This document shows positions 36,847 to 47,503 of a DNA stretch of 64,000 nt, piece by piece. The notes beneath the pieces are model-generated. The model had not been told where the DNA came from. It ran no database searches and saw only the letters and a program-made list of their open reading frames with translations. The position numbers were made by a program, and so were the translations under genes. How positions within the stretch are numbered: the first letter of the stretch is position 1; every line of letters begins with the position of its first letter. Origin of the DNA: Candidatus Heimdallarchaeota archaeon (GTDB lineage Archaea > Asgardarchaeota > Heimdallarchaeia > Heimdallarchaeales > Heimdallarchaeaceae); NCBI GenBank assembly GCA_018238545.1, contig JABCTC010000017.1, positions 8,836-72,835 on the forward strand, written 5' to 3'.

Positions 36847-38016
36847 GTGAAATGGATGAAAGAACTTGCTACAGGAATGTATAAGATACTTGGTGAAGGA
36901 GCATTTGAGTATCTTGCAAAAGCTCAAGCTGAAGAACGGAAAGGAAAAAAAATTCTCCATTTTGAAATTGGTCAACCTGATTTTCCTACACCTAAACACA
37001 TAAAACAAACAGCTTATGAGGAAATTAAAGGAAATTATACTGGATACGTTTCTGCAACAGGTATTCTTGAATTGAAGCAAGCTATCCAAGATGAAATCGA
37101 ACAAACTAGAGGATATCGTCCAAGTATTGAACAAATTCTTGTACTTCCAGGAGCCAAACCTGGAATTTTCTTTACTATGTTAGGTCTTGTAAATTCTGGT
37201 GATGAAATAATGTATCCTGATCCTGGTTTTCCTACCTATGGTTCTGTTACTAAATATCTTCAAGCAGTTGATGTTCCAATAGCTCTAAAAGAAAAGAATC
37301 AATTCAAACTAGATCCCACAGATGTTGAAAACAGTATAACACCCAAAACTAAGCTAATAATTTTGAATAGTCCTCAAAACCCAACAGGTTCTGTAATGAC
37401 TAAAAATAGGCTATATCAGATAGCTGAATTAGCTGAGAAACATGACATCTATATTCTTGCAGATGAAATATACTCGAAAATGCTATATGAAGCAGATTTT
37501 CACTCAGCAACAGTTCGAGATGAAGCAAAGAAAAGAACCATTTTACTAGATGGATTCTCAAAATCCTATTCTATGACTGGATGGCGTCTAGGCTACTTAG
37601 TTGGCCCTGAGACACTAATTGAAAAGATGGGGTTAATTATGATAAACGCTTTATCATGCACTACTTCGTTCGTTCAAAAAGCTGGAATAACTGCTTTGAA
37701 AGGTGATCAAAAACCATTGAAGAAAATGATGGAAGCTTTTAAGGAGAGAAGAGATGCTATTGTTAAGGGACTAAATGGGATACCTGGTTTTTCATGTTTA
37801 ACTCCTCAAGGAGCATTCTATGCTTTTCCAAACATAAAGGAAACAGGAATGAACTCGAAAGAAATAGCTGATCATATACTATACAAAGCTGGTGTCTGCT
37901 GTCTTCCTGGTTCCGCATTTGGACCAAATGGAGAAGGTTATCTGAGATTTAGCTATGCAACATCAGTTGAGAATATTCAACAAGCAATGAAACAGATCAA
38001 AGAATCTTTCGATTAG
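36847..38016 (+). CDS. PLP-dependent class I (aspartate-type) aminotransferase
   Basis: IGQPDF, NSPQNPTG, DEIY, SKSYSMTGWRLG. Confidence 0.9.
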   Translation: MKWMKELATGMYKILGEGAFEYLAKAQAEERKGKKILHFEIGQPDFPTPKHIKQTAYEEIKGNYTGYVSATGILELKQAIQDEIEQTRGYRPSIEQILVLPGAKPGIFFTMLGLVNSGDEIMYPDPGFPTYGSVTKYLQAVDVPIALKEKNQFKLDPTDVENSITPKTKLIILNSPQNPTGSVMTKNRLYQIAELAEKHDIYILADEIYSKMLYEADFHSATVRDEAKKRTILLDGFSKSYSMTGWRLGYLVGPETLIEKMGLIMINALSCTTSFVQKAGITALKGDQKPLKKMMEAFKERRDAIVKGLNGIPGFSCLTPQGAFYAFPNIKETGMNSKEIADHILYKAGVCCLPGSAFGPNGEGYLRFSYATSVENIQQAMKQIKESFD

Positions 38017-38148
38017 CTTACTTGAAAGTATCAACTCCACTCATAATATTTCTTTTTTTCATTTTACTTTTTTGTGCTTACAATGTTTTGACAGCAAACT
38101 TATAAGTTGTGTTTCTAAAAGTTGGCTGATAATAATAATAGATGATTA

Positions 38149-39189
38149 ATGATGGAATTTAGAATTGCATTTATTGGATTTGGAGTTGTTGGACAGGGAT
38201 TAGCTGAGATACTTGTTGAACAAAAACAAACACTGAAAGAGCGATATGATTTCGATTTCAAGGTAGTAGCTATATCAGATACTATGAAAGGTTCAGTTTT
38301 TGAAGCGCAAGGTTTAGATTTAGAGAAATTACTTGCTTTGGTTAAAGAAACAGGTAAAATAGACGATTACTCTGAAGGGATTAAGGGTTGGGATTCTCTT
38401 AAAACTATCACCGATACTAATGCTAATTTAATACTAGAAGTTGCCTGGACTGATTTGAAAACAGGTGAGCCTGCTATTACTCACGTTAAAACTGCTTTGA
38501 AGAATAAGAAACATATAGTTCTTACGAACAAGGGACCAATTGCTTTAGCAGTTAAAGAATTATTAGCTTTAGCGAAAGAAAACAACGTTGAAATGAGATT
38601 TGAAGGAACAGTTCTTAGCGGAACACCTGCATTAAATTTAGGTTTATACAATCTTGCTGGATCTGGAATAACCAAAGCTAAAGGAATAGTTAATGGGACT
38701 ACAAACTATATTCTAACAGAGATGGAAGCAGGATTAAGTTATGAAGCAGCTTTGAAGCAAGCTCAAGATTTAGGTTATGCTGAAGCTGACCCTGCTGCTG
38801 ATGTTGAGGGTTATGATGCTTTAGGAAAAATAGTTATTCTAGCTAATACTGTTATGGGAGCTAATTTGAGTAAAGATGAACCACCCTGTGAAGGGATAAC
38901 AAAAATTACATCAGAGGACATTAAAAAAGCAAAGGCCGAAGGTTATAGATGGAAATTAATTGCTGGAGCTGAAATCAAAGAGGATGGTTCAGTTGAAGCC
39001 TACGTGCGCCCAGAAAAAATACCTCTTGATCACCCATTAGCCAATATCATGGGTCCAACCAACGCCCTAACCTATACTACAAAATATCTAGATGACGTTA
39101 CAATAGTTGGTCCAGGTGCTGGACAAGCACCTACAGGATACGCTTTACTTACAGATATCTTGGACATAAATAGAATCGTTAAGGAATAA
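38149..39189 (+). CDS. hom: Homoserine dehydrogenase
   Basis: GFGVVG, NKGP, GIVNGTTNYIL, GYAEADP..DVEG.D, GPGAG. Confidence 0.95.
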   Translation: MMEFRIAFIGFGVVGQGLAEILVEQKQTLKERYDFDFKVVAISDTMKGSVFEAQGLDLEKLLALVKETGKIDDYSEGIKGWDSLKTITDTNANLILEVAWTDLKTGEPAITHVKTALKNKKHIVLTNKGPIALAVKELLALAKENNVEMRFEGTVLSGTPALNLGLYNLAGSGITKAKGIVNGTTNYILTEMEAGLSYEAALKQAQDLGYAEADPAADVEGYDALGKIVILANTVMGANLSKDEPPCEGITKITSEDIKKAKAEGYRWKLIAGAEIKEDGSVEAYVRPEKIPLDHPLANIMGPTNALTYTTKYLDDVTIVGPGAGQAPTGYALLTDILDINRIVKE

Positions 39190-39209
39190 ATTCTTCGGAG
39201 AAGATCATT

Positions 39210-40997
39210 ATGGGTTATATGCACAAATATCTGGATGTTGATTTATCTACCCAGAAAATATTTGAGAAGAATCTTGACACTAAACTAGCAGAGAAATTTA
39301 TAGGTGGCAAAGGTCTAGGGGCTAAAATTCTATATGATACCTTAAAACCTGGAATTGACCCATTAGGACCAGAAAACATTATTCTTTTTATGACTGGACC
39401 TCTATCAGGTACTTCAGTTGTTACATCTGGAAGATGGTGTATAGTAACTAAATCTCCTCATACAGGAATATTTCTAGATAGCCAGATTGGTGGGAAATTC
39501 GGTCATCGATTGAAAAGGGCAGGTTATGATTTTATCTTAGTGCGGGGAAAAGCTGATTCTCCTTGTTATCTTCATGTTTCTTCAGAAGGTTACGAAATAA
39601 TCTCGGCCTCTGAATTGTGGGGTAAAGGAACCTTTGAAACAGAGGAATTTCTCAAACAAAAGTATCCAAAGGCTGAAGTTGCTTCAATAGGACCTGCTGG
39701 AGAAAATCTTGTGACTTATGCTAATATAATGACAGATAAATCTCATATGGCAGGAAGAGGTGGGGCAGGCGCAGTGATGGGATCCAAAAATCTCAAAGCT
39801 ATAGTTGCTGGAGGTACATTGAAAATTGGTTCCGTTCATGATAATTTCAAAGAACTAACTAGAACCTTCAGAAATAAAGTTCAAAACGATCCTGGTGTCC
39901 AAAATCGTCACAGAATTGGAACAATGATGTGGGTTAACATGGCAAATCAAGCAGGTTTTCTGCCAACAAGAAATTACCAATCTGGTGTTTTTGAATCAGC
40001 TGAGAAAATCTCCGGAGAAAAAATGATAGAGGAAAACACTTACGCACACAGAGCATGTTATAATTGCTTAATAGCTTGTGGCAAAGCAAACAAATTTGAT
40101 GAAGGTAAATATGCTGGTTTAGATGTTGAAGGGCCAGAGTATGAAACAACTGCACTTCTAGGCTCAAATTGTGGAATAACAGATTTAGCTGCTGTAGCAA
40201 AAGCAAGTCAAATATGCGATGATTTGGGAATTGACACCATTACTTCGGGAGCAACAATCAGTTTTGCAATGGAGTGTGTTGAAAAGAAAATTTTGAAACA
40301 AGATAGTGTAGAAAATTTGGTGTTTGGGAATGATGAAGCTGTACTACAAATGCTTCAGTTAATTGCTCACAAAGAAGGTATCGGAGTATTATTTTCTAAA
40401 GGATCAAGAGCTGCAGCAGAGAAACTTGGTAATAATTCAAGTGACTTTGCAATTCAGGTTAAAGGTTTGGAATTAGCTGGAGTAGAACCAAGAGGTTCTT
40501 TTGGTATGGCTCTTGCTTACTCAACAGCTGATAGAGGTGCATGCCATCAAAGGTGTTGGACACCTTCTGCAGAGCTTCGTGGAGATTTAACCCGTTTTTC
40601 AATGGAAGGCGTTCCTAAATTTGTTAAAGAATCACAGGATGAAAGAGCAGCATGTTTTTCATTAGTTGTTTGTGATTTCTTACCGTTTGATGTACCAGAG
40701 ATGATAGAAATGCTCAATGCAGCTACGGGTTTTTCATATACTCCTGAAAGTTATATAACAACGGGAGAAAGAATCTGGAATACAACTCGTATGTTCAATG
40801 TTCGTGAAGGTATAACAGCTCAAGATGATGTCCTCCCAAAAAGATTCTCAAAGGAAGCAATGCCAGAAGGTCCTGCAAAAGGTAAGATTCTATCTGAAGA
40901 AACACTTGAAAAAGCAAAAGCTGAATACTATACTCTAAGAGGATGGGATTCAAATGGGATTCCCACAAAAGAGAAATTGAATGAGCTAAAAATCTGA
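39210..40997 (+). CDS. aor: Tungsten-type aldehyde:ferredoxin oxidoreductase
   Basis: KSPHTG, GRGGAGAVMGSKNLKA, CxxCxxxC, EYET, DDLGIDTI, DRGACH. Confidence 0.9.
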   Translation: MGYMHKYLDVDLSTQKIFEKNLDTKLAEKFIGGKGLGAKILYDTLKPGIDPLGPENIILFMTGPLSGTSVVTSGRWCIVTKSPHTGIFLDSQIGGKFGHRLKRAGYDFILVRGKADSPCYLHVSSEGYEIISASELWGKGTFETEEFLKQKYPKAEVASIGPAGENLVTYANIMTDKSHMAGRGGAGAVMGSKNLKAIVAGGTLKIGSVHDNFKELTRTFRNKVQNDPGVQNRHRIGTMMWVNMANQAGFLPTRNYQSGVFESAEKISGEKMIEENTYAHRACYNCLIACGKANKFDEGKYAGLDVEGPEYETTALLGSNCGITDLAAVAKASQICDDLGIDTITSGATISFAMECVEKKILKQDSVENLVFGNDEAVLQMLQLIAHKEGIGVLFSKGSRAAAEKLGNNSSDFAIQVKGLELAGVEPRGSFGMALAYSTADRGACHQRCWTPSAELRGDLTRFSMEGVPKFVKESQDERAACFSLVVCDFLPFDVPEMIEMLNAATGFSYTPESYITTGERIWNTTRMFNVREGITAQDDVLPKRFSKEAMPEGPAKGKILSEETLEKAKAEYYTLRGWDSNGIPTKEKLNELKI

Positions 40998-41033
40998 ATG
41001 ATGAATTTGCATTAACAAATATATCTCAATTTC

Positions 41034-41486
41034 TTAGCTTTTTTTATCCTTTTCTTTTTCTATGAATTCATTGAATTTCTCCTTCAATGCTTCAGGAACC
41101 CAGCTAAAATCTGCTTCTTTCTCTCCTTTAGCCTTTTCTTTCCCTATGTATTTTACAAATTCTTTTCCTATGGCTTTGCTGAAGCCTTCCTTCGCTTTTC
41201 CTGGAATCCAATCAAAGTCTCCTTTTTCTTCATCATCTTCCTTTTTCTTACCTTTAATTGTGGCTGATCCTATAGCCATTACTATGATGAAAAGTATGAA
41301 CATTCCAATGAATAGAGGGATGTAGAGCAGAATTATAGTTATTTTATTACTTACAAGACTTGCTGTATCATTCCATGTAGAGATACCCCAAATTGTAAAT
41401 ACAAACCAAGAACTAGAAACACCTAACAAAATTAAACTTGATATTAGTTTTCCTAGTTTACCCAATAGTGTTTCTTCTTTACCCAT
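41034..41486 (-). CDS. 2-TM protein with a duplicated C-terminal motif
   Basis: DFDWIPGKAKEGF / DFSWVPEALKEKF. Confidence 0.7.
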   Translation of the reverse strand: MGKEETLLGKLGKLISSLILLGVSSSWFVFTIWGISTWNDTASLVSNKITIILLYIPLFIGMFILFIIVMAIGSATIKGKKKEDDEEKGDFDWIPGKAKEGFSKAIGKEFVKYIGKEKAKGEKEADFSWVPEALKEKFNEFIEKEKDKKS

Positions 41487-41686
41487 TTATTTCACCTTAC
41501 TATTACGTTTTATGCGAATGAATTTATGCTAGATAAATATTGGCCATTCGAATATTTAAGTTAATGTTTAAATCAAATTATTAATTCCATACGGCTCCTA
41601 TGCCATAATGAGTGTAGATTTCCGAGAACATTTGGTTGAAATTTCATTTCTTGATTTTCAGAAGGATTTTAATATTTCCGTTTTGA

Positions 41687-43147
41687 ATGTCAAAAAAAGT
41701 TGCTGAGCTACTATATATGACTACTGAACCTGATTCAACGAAAAAAAACCTAGATCGTATTTTCGCACTTATTATCATATCTATTTCTTCTTTCATTTCT
41801 GCTTTCAGTGGTTCAGCTTTTACTCTTGCTGCACCTTCAATGGCAGCTGAATTGAGTATTAATGATGCAAATCTCAGCTGGATAATGACTATATACATAC
41901 TTGCAACAGCTATGCTCCAAATACCCTTTGGTAAAATAGCAGATAACCATGGAAGAAAAAAAATCTATTTCATTGGAATGCTGATTTTTTCCTCGTCTGC
42001 TCTAGTACTGGGCTTTATGGACACAGCTAATGGAATAATGATAATGAGGTTCGTTCAAGGAACAGGTGGAGCACTTATATTCGCTACAGGAACAGCAATT
42101 CTCACTTCAGTTTTTCCCCCTGAAAAAAAAGGATTCGCTTTTGGAATAAATATTGGTTCTGTTTATTTGGGTCTAACTGCTGGACCATCATTAGGCGGGT
42201 TCATAACAGACACTCTGGGATGGAGGTGGATATTTTTTATTGTTGTACCAATTGGAGCAGTGCTCGCAATATTGGTGATGACTCTTCTAAAAGGTGAATG
42301 GAAAAGTGAAAAGAAGGAGAAGTTTGACTGGATTGGAACAACACTTTACATAGCTACCTTATTCATGCTTCTCTATGGTTTTAGATCTATACCTGAACTT
42401 TATAGTTATATCTTAATAGGGTGTTCAATCATCACACTAATTGTCTTTGTATGGTGGGAATGGCGAATTGATTACCCAATTTTACAGTTCCGATTATTTC
42501 GGAAAAATAGATTTTTCACATTTGCTAATTTAGCTGCATTCACGTACTACACGGCAACAGCTGCAACAACGTTTCTACTAAGTTTATTTTTGCAGAACAT
42601 CCAAGGTTATACAGCTTCAATAGCTGGATTGATATTACTAGCTCGTCCAGGTATTCAGGCGATATTGTCTCCTATAGGAGGCACTCTTTCAGATGTAATA
42701 GATCATAGAATCATAACAACCTTGGGGATTAGTATAGGGACTATTGGTCTTGTATTGCTAATCTTTTTAGAAGCAAATTCTCCATTAGTTCTTATTATTA
42801 TGAGCTTACTTTGTGGTGGGATAGGTTTTGGTCTATTTTCATCACCAAATGCCAATTCTATTATGAGCTCAGTTCCAAGAAAAAATTATGGTGTAGCTTC
42901 AGCGCTAGTAGGAACAATGCGAACAATAGGTCAAACAATGAGCTTAGGTTTTGTAACACTATTATTTACAATCATCCTTGGGGATATAACACCAGGAGCA
43001 CCAAATTATAGTGACCTATTTCTAAAGAGCACAAAAATTGCATTTATTATATTCTCGAGCATTGCCTTCATAAGTTTAATAATCTCCTTTATGAGGGGAA
43101 AGAACAATTTTTATCCTCAAGAAAAAATCGAAGAAATTGAATTATGA
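41687..43147 (+). CDS. DHA2-family (14-TM) MFS transporter
   Basis: GKIADNHGRK, RFVQGTG, GPSLGG, WRWIF. Confidence 0.9.
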   Translation: MSKKVAELLYMTTEPDSTKKNLDRIFALIIISISSFISAFSGSAFTLAAPSMAAELSINDANLSWIMTIYILATAMLQIPFGKIADNHGRKKIYFIGMLIFSSSALVLGFMDTANGIMIMRFVQGTGGALIFATGTAILTSVFPPEKKGFAFGINIGSVYLGLTAGPSLGGFITDTLGWRWIFFIVVPIGAVLAILVMTLLKGEWKSEKKEKFDWIGTTLYIATLFMLLYGFRSIPELYSYILIGCSIITLIVFVWWEWRIDYPILQFRLFRKNRFFTFANLAAFTYYTATAATTFLLSLFLQNIQGYTASIAGLILLARPGIQAILSPIGGTLSDVIDHRIITTLGISIGTIGLVLLIFLEANSPLVLIIMSLLCGGIGFGLFSSPNANSIMSSVPRKNYGVASALVGTMRTIGQTMSLGFVTLLFTIILGDITPGAPNYSDLFLKSTKIAFIIFSSIAFISLIISFMRGKNNFYPQEKIEEIEL

Positions 43148-43151
43148 GAAA

Positions 43152-44615
43152 TTATATGATAATTCCCCATTCATGTAGAATAAAGTTCGTGGTTCCAGCT
43201 AAAATATTCGATTTAGGTTGTAATAGTGAGTCGTAGTATAGTTGCGTATCACTGAAAATATAGGCAAAGAAAATTCTATTTGTTGTATACTCTTGTTTAG
43301 TTTCTATCTGAAAATTATTCTCAATCCATGAGCTCTCATATTGAACTAAATAATGATATCCATCCTCAGTAAACAATGGTTCAACTTCAAACCAAAAATC
43401 AATGAAATCATTAACTTCTTTATCATATAACCCAATATTTCTAAGTCGCAAGTACAACTGATCTTTTAATGAATGCAGTTTGTATTGGTTATCATCAAGA
43501 ACATAATTTTCTTTTTCTTTTTTGATTTCCCATCCTCTGTTGCTTAAAAAGGCTTTAAAGTGAATTTCCGCCTCATAAAAAAGATGAGTATAAATCTTGT
43601 TTTGATAGACTATTTTACTGCCGGGGTAGACTTCTAGATTATTCCATGATATGGTAGAACCTAAATGTACAAATGGGATAGTTATAGTCGCAAACCCATT
43701 AGTAATATGAATAGATAAAGAATCAGTAAAAACCTCACCGTTTGAATTATACAAATAAATAGCAGGTTTTCTTGCTGCGGACGTAAACAGATTTATCCAA
43801 TGATGGATAGTTATGTTATTTGTAGAAAGCTCTTTGTCTACAACTACTAATGTCAGGTTATCAACAATGTTGAGATTATTTACCTCTAATGGAGGTTTAA
43901 TCATATATACTAAATCGGATCGCGCTTGTAAAATTGTTTCAACATAATAACATTCACCTTCTAGGTGAGTGAGCTCAATTATCTCCCTGTCATCCCACAA
44001 TACATTGTACAACACAGTGAATTGGTAATATGGCATTATCCATAATTCTACATGAGTTGGTGCTTCTTCGCTAATATTATATTTAACGTAGTTCAAGTCT
44101 GGTGGTGGTTCGTCCCAGAGAACATTGAGTTGCAATGTGATATCTTCAGTAAAGGTTTCCCACCAGTGTAAAGAGATATTGTTAAGAAGCTGATGTGTGT
44201 CTATTTCTCTACATGTATAATCATGATAACGTATCTCGTTTCTTTCTTGAGGAACTTTAATGTAATAATAAAAACCCTCGTGGTATTCAATGTACGTGTA
44301 TCCTCTATATACATCCTCATTAACATGCTCAAGATCAACTATTTTTACCAAATTCCAATCCTCACCATAGATGTCTACAGGAATTGGTGATCCTGTCCAA
44401 TTTGGTTTTTCTTTCTTATAAACTTCTACATAATCTGGTGTAACTGAAGATTTTATGTGATTTGTGTTGGTTGGATTATCCCAAATAACTGTAATCTCGA
44501 TATTAGGTTTTTTGAAAGAATCGCTGTTTATAACGATGAAATATGTGCCTACTCCAATCCCTGATAGAACAATAATCGAGCTAATAATAATTGCTATTAG
44601 TTTTGATTTATTCAT
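43152..44615 (-). CDS. Membrane-anchored extracellular protein: two tandem domains + KPAIYLY domain
   Basis: ITVIWDNP...NNISLHWW repeated as LNVLWDEP...NNITIHHW; KPAIYLY...LFYEA...LHEWG. Confidence 0.7.
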   Translation of the reverse strand: MNKSKLIAIIISSIIVLSGIGVGTYFIVINSDSFKKPNIEITVIWDNPTNTNHIKSSVTPDYVEVYKKEKPNWTGSPIPVDIYGEDWNLVKIVDLEHVNEDVYRGYTYIEYHEGFYYYIKVPQERNEIRYHDYTCREIDTHQLLNNISLHWWETFTEDITLQLNVLWDEPPPDLNYVKYNISEEAPTHVELWIMPYYQFTVLYNVLWDDREIIELTHLEGECYYVETILQARSDLVYMIKPPLEVNNLNIVDNLTLVVVDKELSTNNITIHHWINLFTSAARKPAIYLYNSNGEVFTDSLSIHITNGFATITIPFVHLGSTISWNNLEVYPGSKIVYQNKIYTHLFYEAEIHFKAFLSNRGWEIKKEKENYVLDDNQYKLHSLKDQLYLRLRNIGLYDKEVNDFIDFWFEVEPLFTEDGYHYLVQYESSWIENNFQIETKQEYTTNRIFFAYIFSDTQLYYDSLLQPKSNILAGTTNFILHEWGIII

Positions 44616-44696
44616 CTAATATACAATAATTTGTACAATTAATGACTTTTCTTAACAATAAATTCTCGGTGGGCGTGAGTAATCTATCTGCTACAA

Positions 44697-45542
44697 CTAG
44701 GATAATAATGAAATAATCTCTTGATTTCTTTCGTTTCTTTTTAGCTTCTGAAGAGCGTATCTAGAATCTGAATTATCCATCTCTAGAAGTTTCTTAACAA
44801 TCTCTAGTCTAATTTCCTTATCATTTTCTTTATGAACATAAGTTGATAGGAAATAAGAAATATCTTGGTCACCTTGAATCTGCATAATGTAGTACAGGAT
44901 AAGTTTTCTCATCTCTTTATCTGGTCTTCCCTTCAATGATTGTATAAAAACATCGATTACTCTAGGATTTTCTATTTTATCGCTCAAAGATCTAACTAAC
45001 CATAATTTTATCTTTTTAGATTTCTCATGATGTCTAAGTCGTCGAATGAGAACTTCTTGAATTTCCTCTTCATCAACAATAGCCCTTAATGACCAAACTG
45101 CCCAGAGTCTGACAGTTTGTGAACTATCTCGTAATTTTCTAATTGTAAGCTCTTTTACCTTTTTATCCATCAAAGATTCAGAAAGAAAAGATACTGCTTT
45201 TGCCCTACAAAGAGGGTACTTATCATTAATTGCAATATCTATCAATGCAGAAATAGTTTCTTCATACTTGAGATAATCGATTAATTTATCAATTAAATTA
45301 GTTCTATCTTTGTTTCTTGTTGTAGATTCAATTTCAAGCAAAATTTTCTGCAATTCTAGTAATCCTTCGGTCTTACCAACAATTTCAAATTCTTCATGTT
45401 CTGCTTCTAGAACATCAATTACAGGAATCTCTACTATTTCTTCAAATCCCTCTTGTTCCCCTTCTGATTTAAATGCGTCTGAGATTTCAGGGGTATCAAC
45501 AATTTTGATTTCAAAATCCTTTTTAGATCTTTTCTCACTCAT
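44697..45542 (-). CDS. HEAT-repeat protein
   Basis: D....CRAKAV, D.SQTVRLWAV, EIRLEIV repeats. Confidence 0.75.
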   Translation of the reverse strand: MSEKRSKKDFEIKIVDTPEISDAFKSEGEQEGFEEIVEIPVIDVLEAEHEEFEIVGKTEGLLELQKILLEIESTTRNKDRTNLIDKLIDYLKYEETISALIDIAINDKYPLCRAKAVSFLSESLMDKKVKELTIRKLRDSSQTVRLWAVWSLRAIVDEEEIQEVLIRRLRHHEKSKKIKLWLVRSLSDKIENPRVIDVFIQSLKGRPDKEMRKLILYYIMQIQGDQDISYFLSTYVHKENDKEIRLEIVKKLLEMDNSDSRYALQKLKRNERNQEIISLLS

Positions 45543-45619
45543 ATGATGTTCCTACCATAAGCATTGAAATATATGTTAACTTAATCAATGGTGATTAAAA
45601 AAGATATCATTTTAACTTT

Positions 45620-45799
45620 TCAATTTATTTTCTTCAATTTATGTGCGATAATTGCGTATAAAAAAGCCCCTGCGAATAATATCAGAAAGATTATCCACGG
45701 TGAATTATCAGTAATAGTATTATCCTGTACAGCATAAGCAGATATTGCATCCAATATGATGAATATGTTCATGACTAGAAATATATGGACTTTTCTCAT
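45620..45799 (-). CDS. Small membrane protein
   Basis: Signal-like N-terminus and a C-terminal TM. Confidence 0.5.
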   Translation of the reverse strand: MRKVHIFLVMNIFIILDAISAYAVQDNTITDNSPWIIFLILFAGAFLYAIIAHKLKKIN

Positions 45800-45886
45800 C
45801 TTCAAAAAGGCATAATTTCAACACTTTAATAATTTATCTTTATTCCTTTACGAAGAGCTTAAAAATATAGTAATTGATTGCACTCA

Positions 45887-46528
45887 ATGAGTAATTTTCA
45901 GTTAGATTTAGAGATTACCGGTCCTTTGAAAACAAACTGTTATTTGCTATATGATAAAGAATCAGGAGACGCGGCTCTCTTTGACGTTGCTGGTGAGATA
46001 GGAAAGCATCTTAAAACTATAAAAATAGAAAATCTTACAGTAAAATATCTGTTCTGTACTCACTTGCATTTTGATCATGTTATGGGTATAGAAGAAGTAA
46101 GAACACTGTTCCCTGACGCCAAACTTGCATGTAATGAAAAAGAACTTGACGTGCTAGAAAATATGGGGAAATTTGCACGAATCTTTCAATTTGATCCTGC
46201 CTCTTTAGGAAAGTTTGATATTTTTATTGAGGATAATCAGAGCTTTGAACTTGGGAAATTAAAGATTAAAGCCATTCTATCTCCAGGTCATACACCAGGT
46301 AGTATATGTTTTTACTTTGAAGATAGATTAATATCAGGAGATGTACTATTTAACCGAGGCGTAGGAAGAACAGATTTTTACGGAGGTTCGTTTTCTGAAT
46401 TAGAAAAATCAGTTAGAAAGTTATTTACTTTACCAGAAGACACAGTTGTCTATCCAGGACATGGTGAAATGACCGATATAGGGTCTGAAAAAAGAGAAAA
46501 TCCTTTTATTAGTTCCAGTATTTTATAA
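45887..46528 (+). CDS. Metallo-beta-lactamase fold hydrolase (glyoxalase II-like)
   Basis: THLHFDH, PGHTPGS, SGDVLF, YPGHG. Confidence 0.9.
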   Translation: MSNFQLDLEITGPLKTNCYLLYDKESGDAALFDVAGEIGKHLKTIKIENLTVKYLFCTHLHFDHVMGIEEVRTLFPDAKLACNEKELDVLENMGKFARIFQFDPASLGKFDIFIEDNQSFELGKLKIKAILSPGHTPGSICFYFEDRLISGDVLFNRGVGRTDFYGGSFSELEKSVRKLFTLPEDTVVYPGHGEMTDIGSEKRENPFISSSIL

Positions 46529-47176
46529 AAATCGTTTCTCTATATCTTCTTTGATTTTTGAGAAACTATCGAAAACTTGAAGCTTGCTATCTGCTTCTAA
46601 TTTCTTGGCTAAATCTTCATTATTCCTGGCATAAATGATATCTGCTAGTTCAGTTGCTGGAAAGATGTCTGATAAACCATCTCCAATATATATTATTTTG
46701 TAGCCTTCATTCTTCAGTTTCAACACATGAGAATATTTACAATTTGCACAACCATGTTCACATTCAGGAGTATTGAAGCTGAGCTTTAATTTGTTATCTA
46801 CTAAATCTGCATCATTTGCTAAAATATCTAAGCTCTCTACTTTTATTTCGTGATTTTCTAGAATTCTATTGATGTACTTTTGAAAGCCATCAGAAAGGAT
46901 GAGGAACTTAATATTTTTTTGCAACATCCAATTATAAAAATCATAGAATGAAGGATCAATTTTCATCGTATCAACAATAGTGAAAATCTCTTCCCATGTA
47001 GTATGTTCTATCATCCCCCATTGTTTAATAAGAGCCTCTCTTGTGCCAATTTGACCGTCTATAACAAACTTATCAACAGCTTGCCAGTCCCCTTTTGTCA
47101 GCTTAGAAAGAAGAGTTTTACCTGTATCCATCAACGTGATTGTTCCATCAAAGTCACAACATATAGCAATAGGCAT
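46523..47176 (-). CDS. HAD-IB phosphatase, MtnX-like
   Basis: CDFDGTIT, LSDG, C..CK, YIGDGLSD. Confidence 0.85.
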   Translation of the reverse strand: MPIAICCDFDGTITLMDTGKTLLSKLTKGDWQAVDKFVIDGQIGTREALIKQWGMIEHTTWEEIFTIVDTMKIDPSFYDFYNWMLQKNIKFLILSDGFQKYINRILENHEIKVESLDILANDADLVDNKLKLSFNTPECEHGCANCKYSHVLKLKNEGYKIIYIGDGLSDIFPATELADIIYARNNEDLAKKLEADSKLQVFDSFSKIKEDIEKRFL

Positions 47177-47245
47177 TAGTTTGATGAATTCTATACAAAA
47201 GAAAAGGTTTGCTGTTGATAATTAAATTTGTTAACTCAACAGATC

Positions 47246-47347
47246 TGGGTTACACTTGAGGGTACATGGAGAGTTAAGGAGACATTCATAAATTTTTCAC
47301 CAGGTTACATTTGGTTTTTATGTTTATCACGTACCCTCAATAACCCA
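47246..47347. other. Long intergenic stem-loop
   Basis: TGGGTTA+TTGAGGGTAC (47246-47265) complementary to GTACCCTCAA+TAACCCA (47331-47347). Confidence 0.6.
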
Positions 47348-47503
47348 TTCTTTAAACTGTCACTAAAGTGGTTTTAGTTAACATGTTGCTATCTAATTAC
47401 AAACCTATTAAAATGCTAACATAATATGATGATTGCACAGTACCATATTTGGCTAGTTATATATATGTCAAAGATAAAGAAACATCTGAAAGGGGTGTAA
47501 CCT

